64,000 nucleotides of DNA from Spizellomyces punctatus DAOM BR117 (lineage: Eukaryota): the NCBI GenBank assembly GCA_000182565.2, contig KQ257454.1, one strand, 5' to 3'. The position numbers and the translations under genes were made by a program. The notes under the pieces are model-generated. The model was not told where the DNA came from. It saw nothing but the letters and a program-made list of their open reading frames with translations, and searched no databases. Below, in pieces: positions 37,199 through 49,120 of this stretch. Position 1 is the first letter of the stretch. Every line of letters starts with the position of its first letter.

Positions 37199-39826
37199 AT
37201 GGCTACAAACGGCCTTTCTGTTTCCGATGCGGTCGCTCTGGCGCAGCAGCTAGCAGCGACGTCCTTGAGTGATACATTACCTGAAAATCCAGAGGATCAT
37301 GTATCTTTCTTTGGAGAGGAGGTTATTGGAGCAGTTGACGCAAACCTATGTTTGAGAGTATGTCTCAATAGAGTTCCCACGTGAATTGTTTATGAACTGA
37401 CCTGTATCCCTTCCTTGAACAGGACCTTTATTTGAACGCAACAGCAGAAAACATGACAAAGATCATAAACCAGCTGGAAGATCGATTGCGCACTGGCCAA
37501 GGAGAAACGCTGTTCGAGATAGGTCTTGAAGGTAGGAACGAGTCAATTCCTTTTGGTGCACGGTACATCGGCGTTAACTCAGATTATTGTGATATGTAAA
37601 TAGAGGACGGAGGATCTATGAATTTGACACAGAGTGAATTTGATATGTGCTTAGAAACTATTCGACGCGCTGCCGACAAGCTCAACGCCGACGTGACAGT
37701 GATACATCAGCGGAACACGGTAGTATTAACATCCTCTGGGAAAAGCGCGCAAGAAGAAGGGAGGAGCAATGCGGACGCTTCCAAGGACTACTTCTACGCC
37801 CATGCTCTGATTAGACGGCGACCTGGCAAGGTGGAGGACATGACAGAACTGCGTATTTGCGTGGTTGGAAATGTCGATGCTGGAAAATCAACTTTGTTGG
37901 GTGTCTTGACTAAAGACATGCTGGATGACGGTCGCGGAAGAGCTCGCGTCAATCTCTTTCAGCACAAACATGAGATTGAGAGTGGGAGAACTAGCTCTGT
38001 TGGGATGGAAATCATGGGGTTTGATTCCAAAGGGAATGTAATCACTCCCTCAATGCTCGGCAAGGCTAAGCTGACCTGGGATGACATCTGCTTGCATTCG
38101 CCTAAGGTACAGAAGATGGCTTCTGCCACGCAAAGATATTTTCCGTTCGTGAGTCGACTCTAAACTCGAGTTATACAGGTGTTGACTTTCATGGACTTGG
38201 CTGGTCACGAAAAGTACTTGAAAACGACCGTATTTGGGATGACGGGAACCAGTCCAGACTTTGCTATGCTCATGGTACATGATGGAGTGATCGGATGCTC
38301 CTTATCGTGATTTAACCGTGTGCTCTCTTTCGCAGATTGGTTCAAATGCTGGGATAATTGGAATGACGAAAGGTAAAACAATTTTTCAGACAACATATCC
38401 CACGGAGAAGCTGACTTTATACTTGGATAAGAGCATCTCGGTTTAGCATTGGCCCTCAACGTGCCGGTGTTCATCGTCATAACCAAAATCGACATGTGTC
38501 CGAGTAACGTACTGGAGAGCACTATTAGCCAGCTTACTAAAATACTGAAGAGTTCTGGGTGCCGTAAGATTCCCATGTTCATCAACACGGTCGGCGATGT
38601 GCTGGTTACCGCGGGTAATTTCGTCAGCGAACGGTGAGTACGCGCATATTGAGGCCGAATCACCGTACGACCCTAACATTTTCCCAGAATTTGCCCCATT
38701 TTCCAAGTATCCAACGTCACTGGCCAAGGCTTGGATTTGTTGAAGCTCTTCCTGAATGTCATCCATGCAAACGGTATTGGAAAGTATAACCCAGACCAGC
38801 CGGTCGAGTATCAGATCACGGATACATTCAGCGTGCCCGGTGTTGGTACTGTCGTCAGTGGAACTGTCATTAACGGTACGTTTTAAAAGAGCAACACGAA
38901 CACGTACTAGATCCTGACCTTTGTTGCCAAAGGCATCGTGCATGTTGGAGACCAGTTGCTCTTGGGACCCGATGCGAACGGACATTTCATGTCGACAATG
39001 GTGAAGTCAATACACAGGAAGCGCGTCAATGTTCCTGTTGCATTAGCAGGACACAGCGCTTCCTTCGCCTTGAAGAAAGTCAAACGTGCGGGTATTCGGA
39101 AGGGCATGGTGATGCTGAGGTATGATTGCTACCCCTAATATGACATTGACTTAGACAATACTGAATATCCTTATCATCATACGCACGTTGCAGCAAAAAT
39201 GCCGCTGCGAAGGCCGTTTACGAATTTGAGGCGGAAATTCTTGTTTTGTATCACAGTACTACTATCTCGCAGAAGTATCAGGCGATGTTGCATTGTGGAT
39301 GTGTTAGACAAACGGCAAAGATTATTGGAATGGACAAGCAAGTATTACGAACCGGCGACCGTGCGTTTGTGCGATTTCGGTACGTAGGATACCCAAATAG
39401 TCATTGATAACATTTGACACCTTGAATTGATTTCTCATTGCTGTTCAGATTCATTCAGCACCCTGAATATCTCAAGGAGGGAACGCGATTACTGTTCCGT
39501 GAAGGTTGGTGCTAGCACGCTGCTTTAAGACGTTGTACATATACTCAATGCAATTGTCTCTCCCAGGTCGAACGAAAGGAGTTGGAAAGGTCGTCCGATT
39601 ATTCACTGAAGCCGAAGCTCTTAAGCCCAATCCACACCCGCAGGAGGACGTCAACACTGCCCGGAAGAAACCTCCAAATAACCCACCATCAGGATCCTCT
39701 CCATTAGCAATTGAAAAGAAGACATCTCGACGACATCATCATCACGGTGGGGGTCATGGAACCACTAAGGCAGATACCGGCCATCACAGAACGGGAGGAG
39801 GGGCCAGCGTCGCAGTAAAGACGTAA
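37199..39826 (+). CDS. GTPBP1: GTP-binding protein 1/2 (translational GTPase)
   Basis: [55 protein letters not shown]. Confidence 0.93.
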
Positions 39827-39975
39827 CGTCCCTAATGCTCTTCCGCGGTATTGTACGATAGTGCCGTACCACACACGAGGTCGCCGTTCTCGCATTTCTC
39901 TGCTGTGGAAAAGATGTTTTTACTGTAAATGCTTTCATTGTTTTGTGGATGGGTTCATGAGGAGTATATATTTCA

Positions 39976-40012
39976 TTTAATGAGCCAAAGGCATTTTAAT
40001 GAGCCAAAGGCA
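39976..40012. repeat. Short tandem duplication TTTAATGAGCCAAAGGCA x2
   Basis: Two identical 18-mers with period 19 in the GTPBP 3' region. Confidence 0.85.
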
Positions 40013-40299
40013 ATAAGGCAATTAGTCTTTCGAGGAGCATTGTGCACCATAGGAAAATTTAAAAATTACAAGACTTTCGTAAATAATCTTGTCCTGATTA
40101 TCATCCTCAGCCCAACCATAATAACGCCGTTTCTTCATGGTGATAACTGTTGGCTCGTTGCACTTGTTGAAGAAACGATTCTTGAATGGAGCGCGAAGGC
40201 GTATTAACCTGGTCTGTAATCAGGAATTGTTGTGTGAACGTTGTGAATGGAACAGAAGCGCCCGCCCGTAGAGCTCGTCGGATTTGCCATGGTAGCGAT

Positions 40300-40980
40300 A
40301 AATAAAAGAAAGGGAAGACAAGGTGAGTAGCAAGCCAGATACGTTCGACATCAGTGAGCCTCAAACATTGTTAAGGGCAAGCGGGCGATTACGGAACAAC
40401 ACGTATACGACTATCGTACGTGTGAGATGTTCCATAATCGCCCGCTTTCCCCAACTTTCTCATGAATGAGACGACGGTTTGACATCCTGTAGAGAAAGCA
40501 TGCTGGCACGACGCAGGGCTGGCGCTTTGGAGTTGTTTTACCCGCCTGCACTCTGACAAGGTAAAGGTCCAAAACACTGGCCGTGATTTATCGCTGCCCG
40601 GTCTACAAGCTAGGTCAAAACCGCAACCGGATCGGCCTTTGTATGGTTTTGTGCGTCGGCATCCAAAGGATTCCCCCGGGCTATGGATGTAACATCCATC
40701 ATCTCAACGAATCCACCATGTGCAGGATGACTGCCTTGACCTCACCAGGGAATCCGCCCAAGGAGTGGGATGACTTGCTTTGGGAGGTCAAAGCAAGTCA
40801 CCGATACCCTCGCGGCCACCTGCTGGACTGTGAATGTTGTTGCGACAGCAACATCTGACGCGGAAATGGCCAGGTCACCCCATCTGCCAGACCACCCACA
40901 TCCGAAGAGGCTCCTAAGCATCAGGCAAACTCGCCATATTCTTTGTGTTCAATTCAGTACTTACCAGATGAATGGCGATT
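40300..40980 (-). ncRNA. Candidate large structured ncRNA B
   Basis: Perfect 13-bp and 12-bp stems, a roughly 150-nt rod, G-U pairs favouring the minus strand, closing helix 40884-40875/40326-40317 followed by a U-rich tail; no recognisable protein. Confidence 0.6.
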
Positions 40981-41699
40981 GGGAAGATGGGTAGATGAGA
41001 GGTCGCGCAGAAAGAATGACGCGTTCCCAACTAATGTTGCGCGCACCTCTGAGTGCGCCACTATATCATGACTGTGCCCCATCACATGAACGTCACGTTG
41101 CAAAGTGCGCAGCTAGTGCGCGCCATGGGCGCCGCACCCCACCTTAGCCGCGCGATGAATCTAGCAGCGCAAGCAATTAATGAACTAGTTACTTGAAGAC
41201 CTGGCCAAACCCAATTGGTGCAGTCTTTGGGGTTTCAAAGGGCCATGGCAAAGAATTGACGCATATACTTGTAGTGATCTTGTGGATAGCTGAATATTCC
41301 ATAGTTGGTTGCATAACAGTGGGTTGCATGCAATAAATGAAAGACAAAGCTGCGACAAACTCCTCATCCATGCTCCAATCATGGTCGCAATGTCATTATC
41401 GGGGGTATCTGGCCAATGCACTTGCAATGAAGCAGGCAGGGGACCTGCAACCCACCATGCCGTATTTGTTGAAGATACCTCTATCAGCGACAAGTAAAAA
41501 CTGACATCGAGGCAAGCGTCTCGTGGTCCAAGAGCGAATCTTGTCCCGTCCCTTCATCCGAATATTCTGCCCAAGGTGGACGACTGCTAACTTTGACAGG
41601 TTTCTGCAGCTAGTGCCACGGACTGGCCAGGTATGCAATGAGATCCATCGGGTAGAGTAGCATTGCCAAGAACCCTCGAGCTGTCAGCCTGATTGTGCC

Positions 41700-42230
41700 C
41701 TTTCGTATCTACAAAATGTCAAATTTGTGAAGCTTCACATCACAGAGCGTCGGCGTACGTTTGAGATATGAGGCGCGTCGGTTGTCAAAGCTCAAAAGCT
41801 AATGGACTTGGAGTTCACGAGAGTATTGATGTGACGACTTTCGGCCCGAATCATCTATCATCTACCCACTGCCGATCTCCCATATCTAAGGCTAAGTTCA
41901 AGTTTAATTGACGATAAATGATTGATCCAAATCGGGAGCTCTCTGACGCACAAACCATACATGATGTCGAGCAGTGGGAGACTATTGTGAAGTCAGACGA
42001 TGATTCTCTGATTGAGAACCAGACATGGGATTTACCACCTGGAAGATCATACCTGGCGAAAAGGAGTAGCGAATGCCCAAGGAACAGGACCCTTCACCAA
42101 AAGTTAATATCAGCGCGCCGAAACTTCTGCTGCCCAATCCTAGCAAGAGTTTAAGGTTGCCGCGGACATGAGTTTTAAATGACGGCAAAGCGCCGCGTGG
42201 CCAAAACTTTGAAGAATCTCAAACCCAGCT
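41700..42230 (+). mobile_element. Degenerate Ty1/Copia LTR-retrotransposon relic
   Basis: DVEQWETIVKSDDDSLIENQTWDLPPGR resembles the Copia pre-RT motif (W..AM..E..SL..N.TW.L..LP.G); broken CQIC and VH..DV..GP integrase-like traces upstream and a K.R.VAK RT-like trace downstream. Confidence 0.55.
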
Positions 42231-42410
42231 TTCAACTCGAGCTAGATTCCTGCCTCAATCCATCTGCTCGGATCTTACTACATGGTAGAATCAGGAAACA
42301 TAACCATCACTTTTTCTTATTGTCCACATCGCCTCCCCACTGACCCTCCATCCAAACTAATATATACAAAATGCAGATGTTGGTCCAGTAAGGTTTGCCG
42401 ACTAAGCTGC

Positions 42411-44314
42411 TCATTTTTGTTCTTCCTCTTCTTCTAGGCAACCGAGCTGAAGACCTTCCTCCGCAGGAATCCCCAACTCTCTTGCCGTATTATATCTAAC
42501 CAACCATGGGTGCCGCAGGACGTGTTCCAGTGGAAGCCGCTCGTCAGGATTATACCGCAAAAGCTGTGTGAAAAAAAAAATTCAGCTTCTGAATCAAAAC
42601 AAGGATGGAATACAACAGCCGCCTTACGCCTGAGATAAGGTCCTTTGCTTCAGCGCTGACATAATCAGGAATACGCAGGTCCACCTGTGCGATTCGTTTA
42701 TAGGTTGCTCGATAGCTGGTCTGATCCTCAAAAGGAGGTACTCCAACCAGAAACTCGTAACAAAGCACGCCTAAGGACCATAAGTCAACATTCCGACCGT
42801 GATCGCGGCCCTCCACCATCTCTGGAGGCAGATAGTCGAGGGTACCGCACAGTGTCTGCCGTCTATGAGGCAGAATGGGTGAGGATCGGTGGATACGGAG
42901 GAGTCATTATATTTAAGTACACACCTTGTGTTAGGAGCATGAACTGACCACCCAAAATCAGCGATTTTCAATTCTCCTTTCATTCCCAGTAGAAGGTTTT
43001 CTACAAAGCATATCAGCGTGGTGACTCGCATGACTGTAAGGGCAAGTATTATATATAGTACCAGGTTTGATATCACGATGGATAACGTTCTTCTTATGCA
43101 AATATCCTAGTGCATTTGCCATTTGCGCGATGTACTAAGAAGCAAATGGGAGTTTATACAGAGTCCTTCCGCGTGGTAAAAGCTGGGTAGAATATAGACG
43201 AATACCTTTGAAGCCCTTCTTTCCGAGAATCGCCCATATTTGCTCAGCTGCTTATACAGTTCCCCTTTCGCAGCATACTCAAGAATAAGGTACACTCGCT
43301 TAGCATCGTAAAAGTACCCAAAAAGGCGCAAAATGTGCGTGTGCCTGAAAAACGGGTTGCTGCGTAAAAATACTGCGATTCCAGTACGTAGCGTCTCCCC
43401 AAACATACCTGAGATGAGACTGAATCTCAATTTCACGTCTCAGTTGTTTCTCAACTTTTGCGTTGGCGAGCTCACTCTTGAAAAGGATTTTCAAAGCCAC
43501 GACAAAGCCACTACGCTTTTCACGGGCCAGATACACCCGTCCAAATTTCCCTTTCCCAAGGGCCCTGCCAACGTCGAAATCATTCAAGGACCATTTTCGA
43601 CCACTGGGATGAGTACTGCCGTCACTGCTATTTGGGCGATGGAAACTCAGCAAGAGTCAAACAAGGATGTCGCCGCCAAACCTACACTGAAGATGCCTGC
43701 GGATAGATACTCTGGTTTAAAAGGACACTGTTCTGCTTGGACTCTGGAACACGCTCGGGACTTCTCATCTGCACAGTCTCGTTGAACTTGACCATCTTTG
43801 GCGTTGGAGGGGTGGCAACCTTCACTCCTGCAGTAGTGGCTGCTGTGTTTGGGGCAGCATTTTCTTTTTGCGCTTGCGGCGGCCTTTGTGATGTTTGGGG
43901 CGGCTTGGCTCGGACTCCTTTTCCGTCAACCACAGACTGGGTTGCATTCAAGCGATTCGCAGTACTGTATTTAGTGCCAGTCGGTGACCCTGTGGCCGCT
44001 GTCGTTGGGTGTGGTTTGAGATTGGACAAGTTTGATCTCTTCAATGGTGCAATTTCTGTTGTCGGACGACCAGCCATTGCTTGTTTCGTCAAAGGAACAC
44101 GAAGAGGTGCCGCTGACGATTTGGTTAGACCTTGACGGACAACCTGACGCGCGAAAGGGTCAGATGAGAATTTACAGCCGGGTCGGGAAAACAGGCAGCA
44201 ATAGATGGGATATTCTCCAGTATATGTAGCAAAGGGGACACAAGAAACTCCGTAAGGTTATGGCCTTACCTTCGGTGCCGTTTGTTCCTTATCTTTCAGC
44301 GTTGTTGCGCGCAT
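42411..44314 (-). CDS. IPL1: Aurora kinase
   Basis: [66 protein letters not shown]. Confidence 0.95.
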
Positions 44315-44838
44315 TTGAGTCTCAAGCGACCGAATCGAACTTCCGTTGTACGACATCCTCGGCGTCCTTCCCGCAAGTCAGAGAAGGGCGCCTTTCAGTT
44401 CAACCGATAGGGGATTTGATGGGCGGGACTCTTCCTTCAACACGCGTGAAAATCTGGCCAAGAATAACCAGGCGCGATGAGCGAGCTGAGGTCCGTCGAC
44501 TCGCTTGGAGCTGCTTGACGTCAACTAGGGTTGTGGTCCGTCTTCCCGTCCCAAAGTCAGCTGGCACTCGGTCTGTCCTCTGAGCAGCTGAAGTAAGCGT
44601 GTTCTGGATGGGCAGGAGTCGGAGGGCCGTGGGTGGAAGATTGTTCGAAGTGAAGCTGTGTCCGAAAACCTCATCACGTGCATGTCCGAAACAAGCCACG
44701 CAGCGTCATTTCGTTGATTACAAAAGCAAATCGCATCATCGATCATAGAGCGCAATTGCGAGCAGAATATAAAAGAGAGCAGACCTTGATACTTACCCCT
44801 TGTCTTTATCGTCTTTTGCATCGGCTTGCTTCACCAGA

Positions 44839-45898
44839 ATGTCTCAACCAACTACAAAGCTTTACACTGGAGCAGAAATCCCGTTGATTGCCTTTGGCAC
44901 GTACGGAGGTGGTGACGACGCTGCCACATTGGCAGGGGCCACGCGGGCCGCTCTTGACGCTGGCTACCGGCATTTCGATCTTGCAGAAGTTTACGGAAAC
45001 CAGGCCGAGCTCGGCCAAGTATTTTCCAAAGCCATAGTCGATGGTGTTGTGAAGCGATCCGACTTATTCATTACATCAAAGGTGTGGAATACCAAGCACG
45101 ACCCCAAGCATGTGGAGGAGAGCTGCAAGAAAACCTTGAAGGACTTGCAATTGGATTATCTGGATCTGCTGCTAGTCCATTGGCCATTGTCATGGAAGTA
45201 TACTGGAGAGGATTTAAGGGTGGAAGGAAGTAGCTTCCCTCGGGATCAGGATGGTGAGCCATATTATGAATTAAGAACGCTTAGGCGACCGCAGATGTAA
45301 TGCAGTTGTTCTTGTAGGCAACGTAATCACTGCGCCCGTGCCTTTGCACAAGACCTGGGCTGCATTTGAGAATCTCGTTGATGCAGGGCTTGTGAAGCAT
45401 ATTGGAGTATCCAACTTCCCCAGCGTGCTCATTCTGGATCTTCTCACTTACGCTCGCATCCGACCAGCCGTCAACCAAGTTGAGCGACATCCTTACTTGG
45501 CGCAGAACTCACTGTTGCAGTTTGTGAAAGACAACGGCATTCATCTTTCAGCCTACACTCCCCTGGGACGTCCCGGGAAAATCGACAATGTTCACAAAGA
45601 AATCATTAAAGAACCAGTTGTCGAAGCTATTGCAAAAGAGCTAAAGGAACAGTCGGGATTGGACGTTAATACTGGCCATGTTCTGCTGCGCTGGCACATT
45701 GAACGTGACGTCAGTGTCCTACCGAAATCTAGTAACCCGCACAGAATCAAGTCGAACCTCCACATCACGTCCCAGATCCGGTTGACTGAGGAGCAACTGA
45801 AGAGGATTGATAACTTGGATTCTGGGCTGAGATACAATGACTTGGATTTAAAGACGGGAACTGTGCGGCCAGGTGGAAGGACAATTTATGAGATTTAG
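44839..45898 (+). CDS. Aldo-keto reductase
   Basis: GYRHFDLAEVYGN, LFITSKVWN, DYLDLLLVHWP, IGVSNF, NQVERHPY, VLPKS. Confidence 0.95.
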
Positions 45899-46166
45899 TG
45901 TCGAGGGTAGGAATAATCAGTAGATCTACGATGTATTATCCTTGTTACGAACATTGAAAATAACATTCATGTCAAAACTGCATTTCATAACATTTCATAT
46001 GGTTCAGACGCATTTCATTAAGGCCAAAAAGGGTTATAGTGCCTGTCTGGGAGGTCGCGCTCGTCTTTGGAGATCTTTGGAGAGACTGACAGAGTTCTTA
46101 CTCTTGACATCCTGCGGTAGCGATAGTCTTATCAACGGTTGTCTGAGGCAGAGACTGTTGGATGGG

Positions 46167-49076
46167 ATGAGCAGGAGGGGAAGAAGGCTGTCTGTAGAGC
46201 ATGGTGCGGGTGAAGCGGCTTCGGCTGCGGCCGCGCACGAGCGCACACTCAGGCCTCGGCCACAACCAAGGGCCACTGCACTGCGGTCCGGGTATGCTAC
46301 GACACTTCAGATTTCTTTGGCCTCAGAATGCGACCTGGCTGCAACGAATTCTCGCCTTCCTCCGGATTCCATGGTAGAAGCTGAAGAAGCTATATTTCCT
46401 CAGTATGCACGAACTCTCGAAGCAAGTTCCACTTACATACGATGCCGAAACTTTATTCTTGCTCTTTGGCTACGGAATCCGGTGAAATATCTCGAGTACA
46501 CGCGCGTGGCTGAAGTGGCATCTATTCAAGGCCGGCTAGTCAATATATGGAACTCGCCGGTCCTTAGAGATGCTTATGAATTTCTGCAGAGGTACCGATA
46601 TATCAACTTTGGCATTCTGCCTCTTTCTCCCCAGCCATCCTCGAAGCAGAGTCCGCGCATTATCGTTATCGGGGCGGGAATCGCAGGCCTGAGTGCAGCG
46701 CGCGAGCTTTTAAACTTGTATAGACATCATCCAACCGAAGCACAACCGGTGATAACAGTCCTAGAAGGCCGAAAGCGGGTCGGTGGCCGGATTTTTACCT
46801 TACCGCTTCATACCAGAGCCCAAGGGGAAGAACATCCATCTGGTGTAGATCTTGGTAAGCAGCTACCATGTTTAATGCCATAATTTAGCGCGGTTTTGTA
46901 TGGTAGTCTCATCGTCTGGTGACAGCTGCCCAGGTAAGCAGTTGCCTGCTGTTTCTTTTTTCGCAGTGTGGCAGCTGAACAGTGGAATGACATACTTGTA
47001 CCAAATATTTCCAAGATAGTGACTGGGTTTGAAGGTATTGTACGGATGTACTGACTTACAGTAAAGTTTGATTTAACATGTATTTTAAAAAACGACTCTC
47101 CCACCGCAAGACGGGAATCCACTAGATGTCATTATTATGAAGCAGTCACAACTGCCCGTTCACGTATGCGTATAAATGGCCCCTTGGCGGATGCGCATGA
47201 TGTGTTTAAAATCGTTTCAATTCAACCAGTTTCTCTACAATGCGAACGAATGCCAGCTGTATGATTACAATGGTGAAGCTGTGGATCAGCGTGTTGATAT
47301 GAGATGCGAAGAGCTCTTTAACGAGATACTGGAGCAAGGTTGGAACCATGCATGCACATCGTCCGATTGCGTTTTATGTCCCATGGTTGTGACAAGTCTC
47401 AACCCTTTCTACTGGCTTTCTTGACAGCATGTCATACGGTCATGGAAGACGGCAGACGCTACGTCGTCACTGGTCCCCGTGTGCGAACATCCACAAAGAC
47501 ACCGGCCGATATCCCACGGCTACCTTTACCTTCCCTTGGAGAGATGTTTGACTATCATCTCAGCCGACATCCCAAGCGCGTCATGCTTCGACCATTGGAT
47601 TGGCGACTTATCAATTGGCATATTGCGAATCTCGAGTTCGCGAACGCTGCATCCATTGATCAACTTAGCCTATATAACTGGGACCAGGCAAGTCATCTTG
47701 GTCAGAAAATAGGCGGGTGCACTGCCATTCTAAGGACGTGCGATTTAGGATGATGAGGTTCGTAAATAAGCGGCTGCTTTGTGGCGTCTATTGAGACATC
47801 ATACCCTTCGCACCAGCACGGATTTGAAGGAGACCATGCCATGATTCCGGGAGGTAAAACATTCCGCATCCTAGCTATTTCTGCAGGCCCAACTCAAAGA
47901 GTATTTTTATGACCTAAAAGGATACGGACAAGTTCCACACGCATATGCGTTTGGGATGGACTCAGAGCACGCGGTTTTGGATATCAAGTTCGAAAAAACT
48001 GTCGACCTAGTCTCAGTGGACCCTGTCACTGGAGAAGTTACAGTGGAGTGCGCGGATGAAAGCTTGTATCAATGCGATGCGTTGGTACGCACTAGTAGCT
48101 TTCGTTTTACCTTCACACGGTAACAAATACAAGGTTCACAGGTAATGACTGTACCATTAGGGATACTCAAAGTAGGTATGCCGGTGATGTTCAGAGCGAA
48201 ACGCAGGATGGCTCCTCTGATGTCTTGTCAAACAACCATATGCCGTGGTTTCCGCAGAGTAACAGTATCGTCTTCGACCCGCCTCTTCCAGCGTGGAAAC
48301 GGGGTGCCATTGACCGGCTTGGCATGGGGTGGTTCAATAAAGTTATCCTTGTTTTTGAACGCCGCTTCTGGCCGGCAGATATGGATAGCTTTGGCGCGTT
48401 ATCGGAACCTGAAGACCGTTCAGACTCGACCGGCGGCCTTCCGGCATATACGGCGGTTAGAGGACGATTCTTTTTGTTTTGGAACGTCGACGATTTGTCC
48501 TCATGTCCCATGTATCGAATGGCCAATGTCCGTGTGCGGTATCATCATTAGGAATTTATACCCGACAACGCGACTTCCCGTTCTATGCTCTTTCATTGCA
48601 GGGGAAGCGGCCGTCGAGATGGAGGCCGACGATGATGAGACAATAGTTAATAAGGCTATGACCGTCCTTTCGCGTATCTTTCCTTATGAGCATCCCCTTC
48701 CCCCTGTTGTCGAACAAGTTGTGACCCGATGGAGTCGAGATGAGTTCGCTCGAGGCAGCTATTCCTATGTCGCGAATGGTGCCTCAGGTTGGTGTTGTAC
48801 AAGCGGAGAGATCACAATCGTATGCGCTGATAGTCTCATATGTAGGAGACGATTATGACCATCTTGCTAGACCGACGCATGGAAACATTTTTTGGGCGGG
48901 CGAAGCGACATGCCGTCAGCACCCGGCAACCGTCCACGGTAATCTCAACAGCCCATCCATCATATGGATATGTGCTGACCGAATAATATACTTTAGGTGC
49001 ACTTTTATCGGGTATGCGCGTTGCGCAGGAAGTTGGCGACCTGTTCCTAGGCCCTCTCCAAGGCAACTCAATATAG
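46167..49076 (+). CDS. KDM1: Lysine-specific histone demethylase LSD1/KDM1-like (SWIRM + FAD amine oxidase)
   Basis: SWIRM YIRCRNFILALW...FLQRYRYINFG; GAGIAGLSAAREL; WHIANLEFANA; NKVILVF with the catalytic Lys; RGSYSY; AGEATCRQHPATVHGALLSG. Confidence 0.92.
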
Positions 49077-49120
49077 CAAATCACTTCATTATGTACAATT
49101 GAGCATAATCTATATTATCT

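Noticed and set aside
40636-40660. snR30/U17 m2 motif AAACCAU in block B
   Set aside because: The matching m1 motif (AUAUUCCUA) and terminal hairpin-ACA geometry are absent
40957-40968. U1 snRNA-like 5' end (TACTTACCAG) on +
   Set aside because: Differs from ACUUACCUG and lacks U1 loops and an Sm site; better read as a minus-strand splice donor
41030-41170. Fanzor/omegaRNA or TIR ghost element
   Set aside because: Only short GCTAGTGC-like words; no terminal inverted repeats, target duplication or RuvC ORF
41185-41640. Short ORFs including a VADRG transposase-like word
   Set aside because: Isolated 5-aa match with no other DDE motifs
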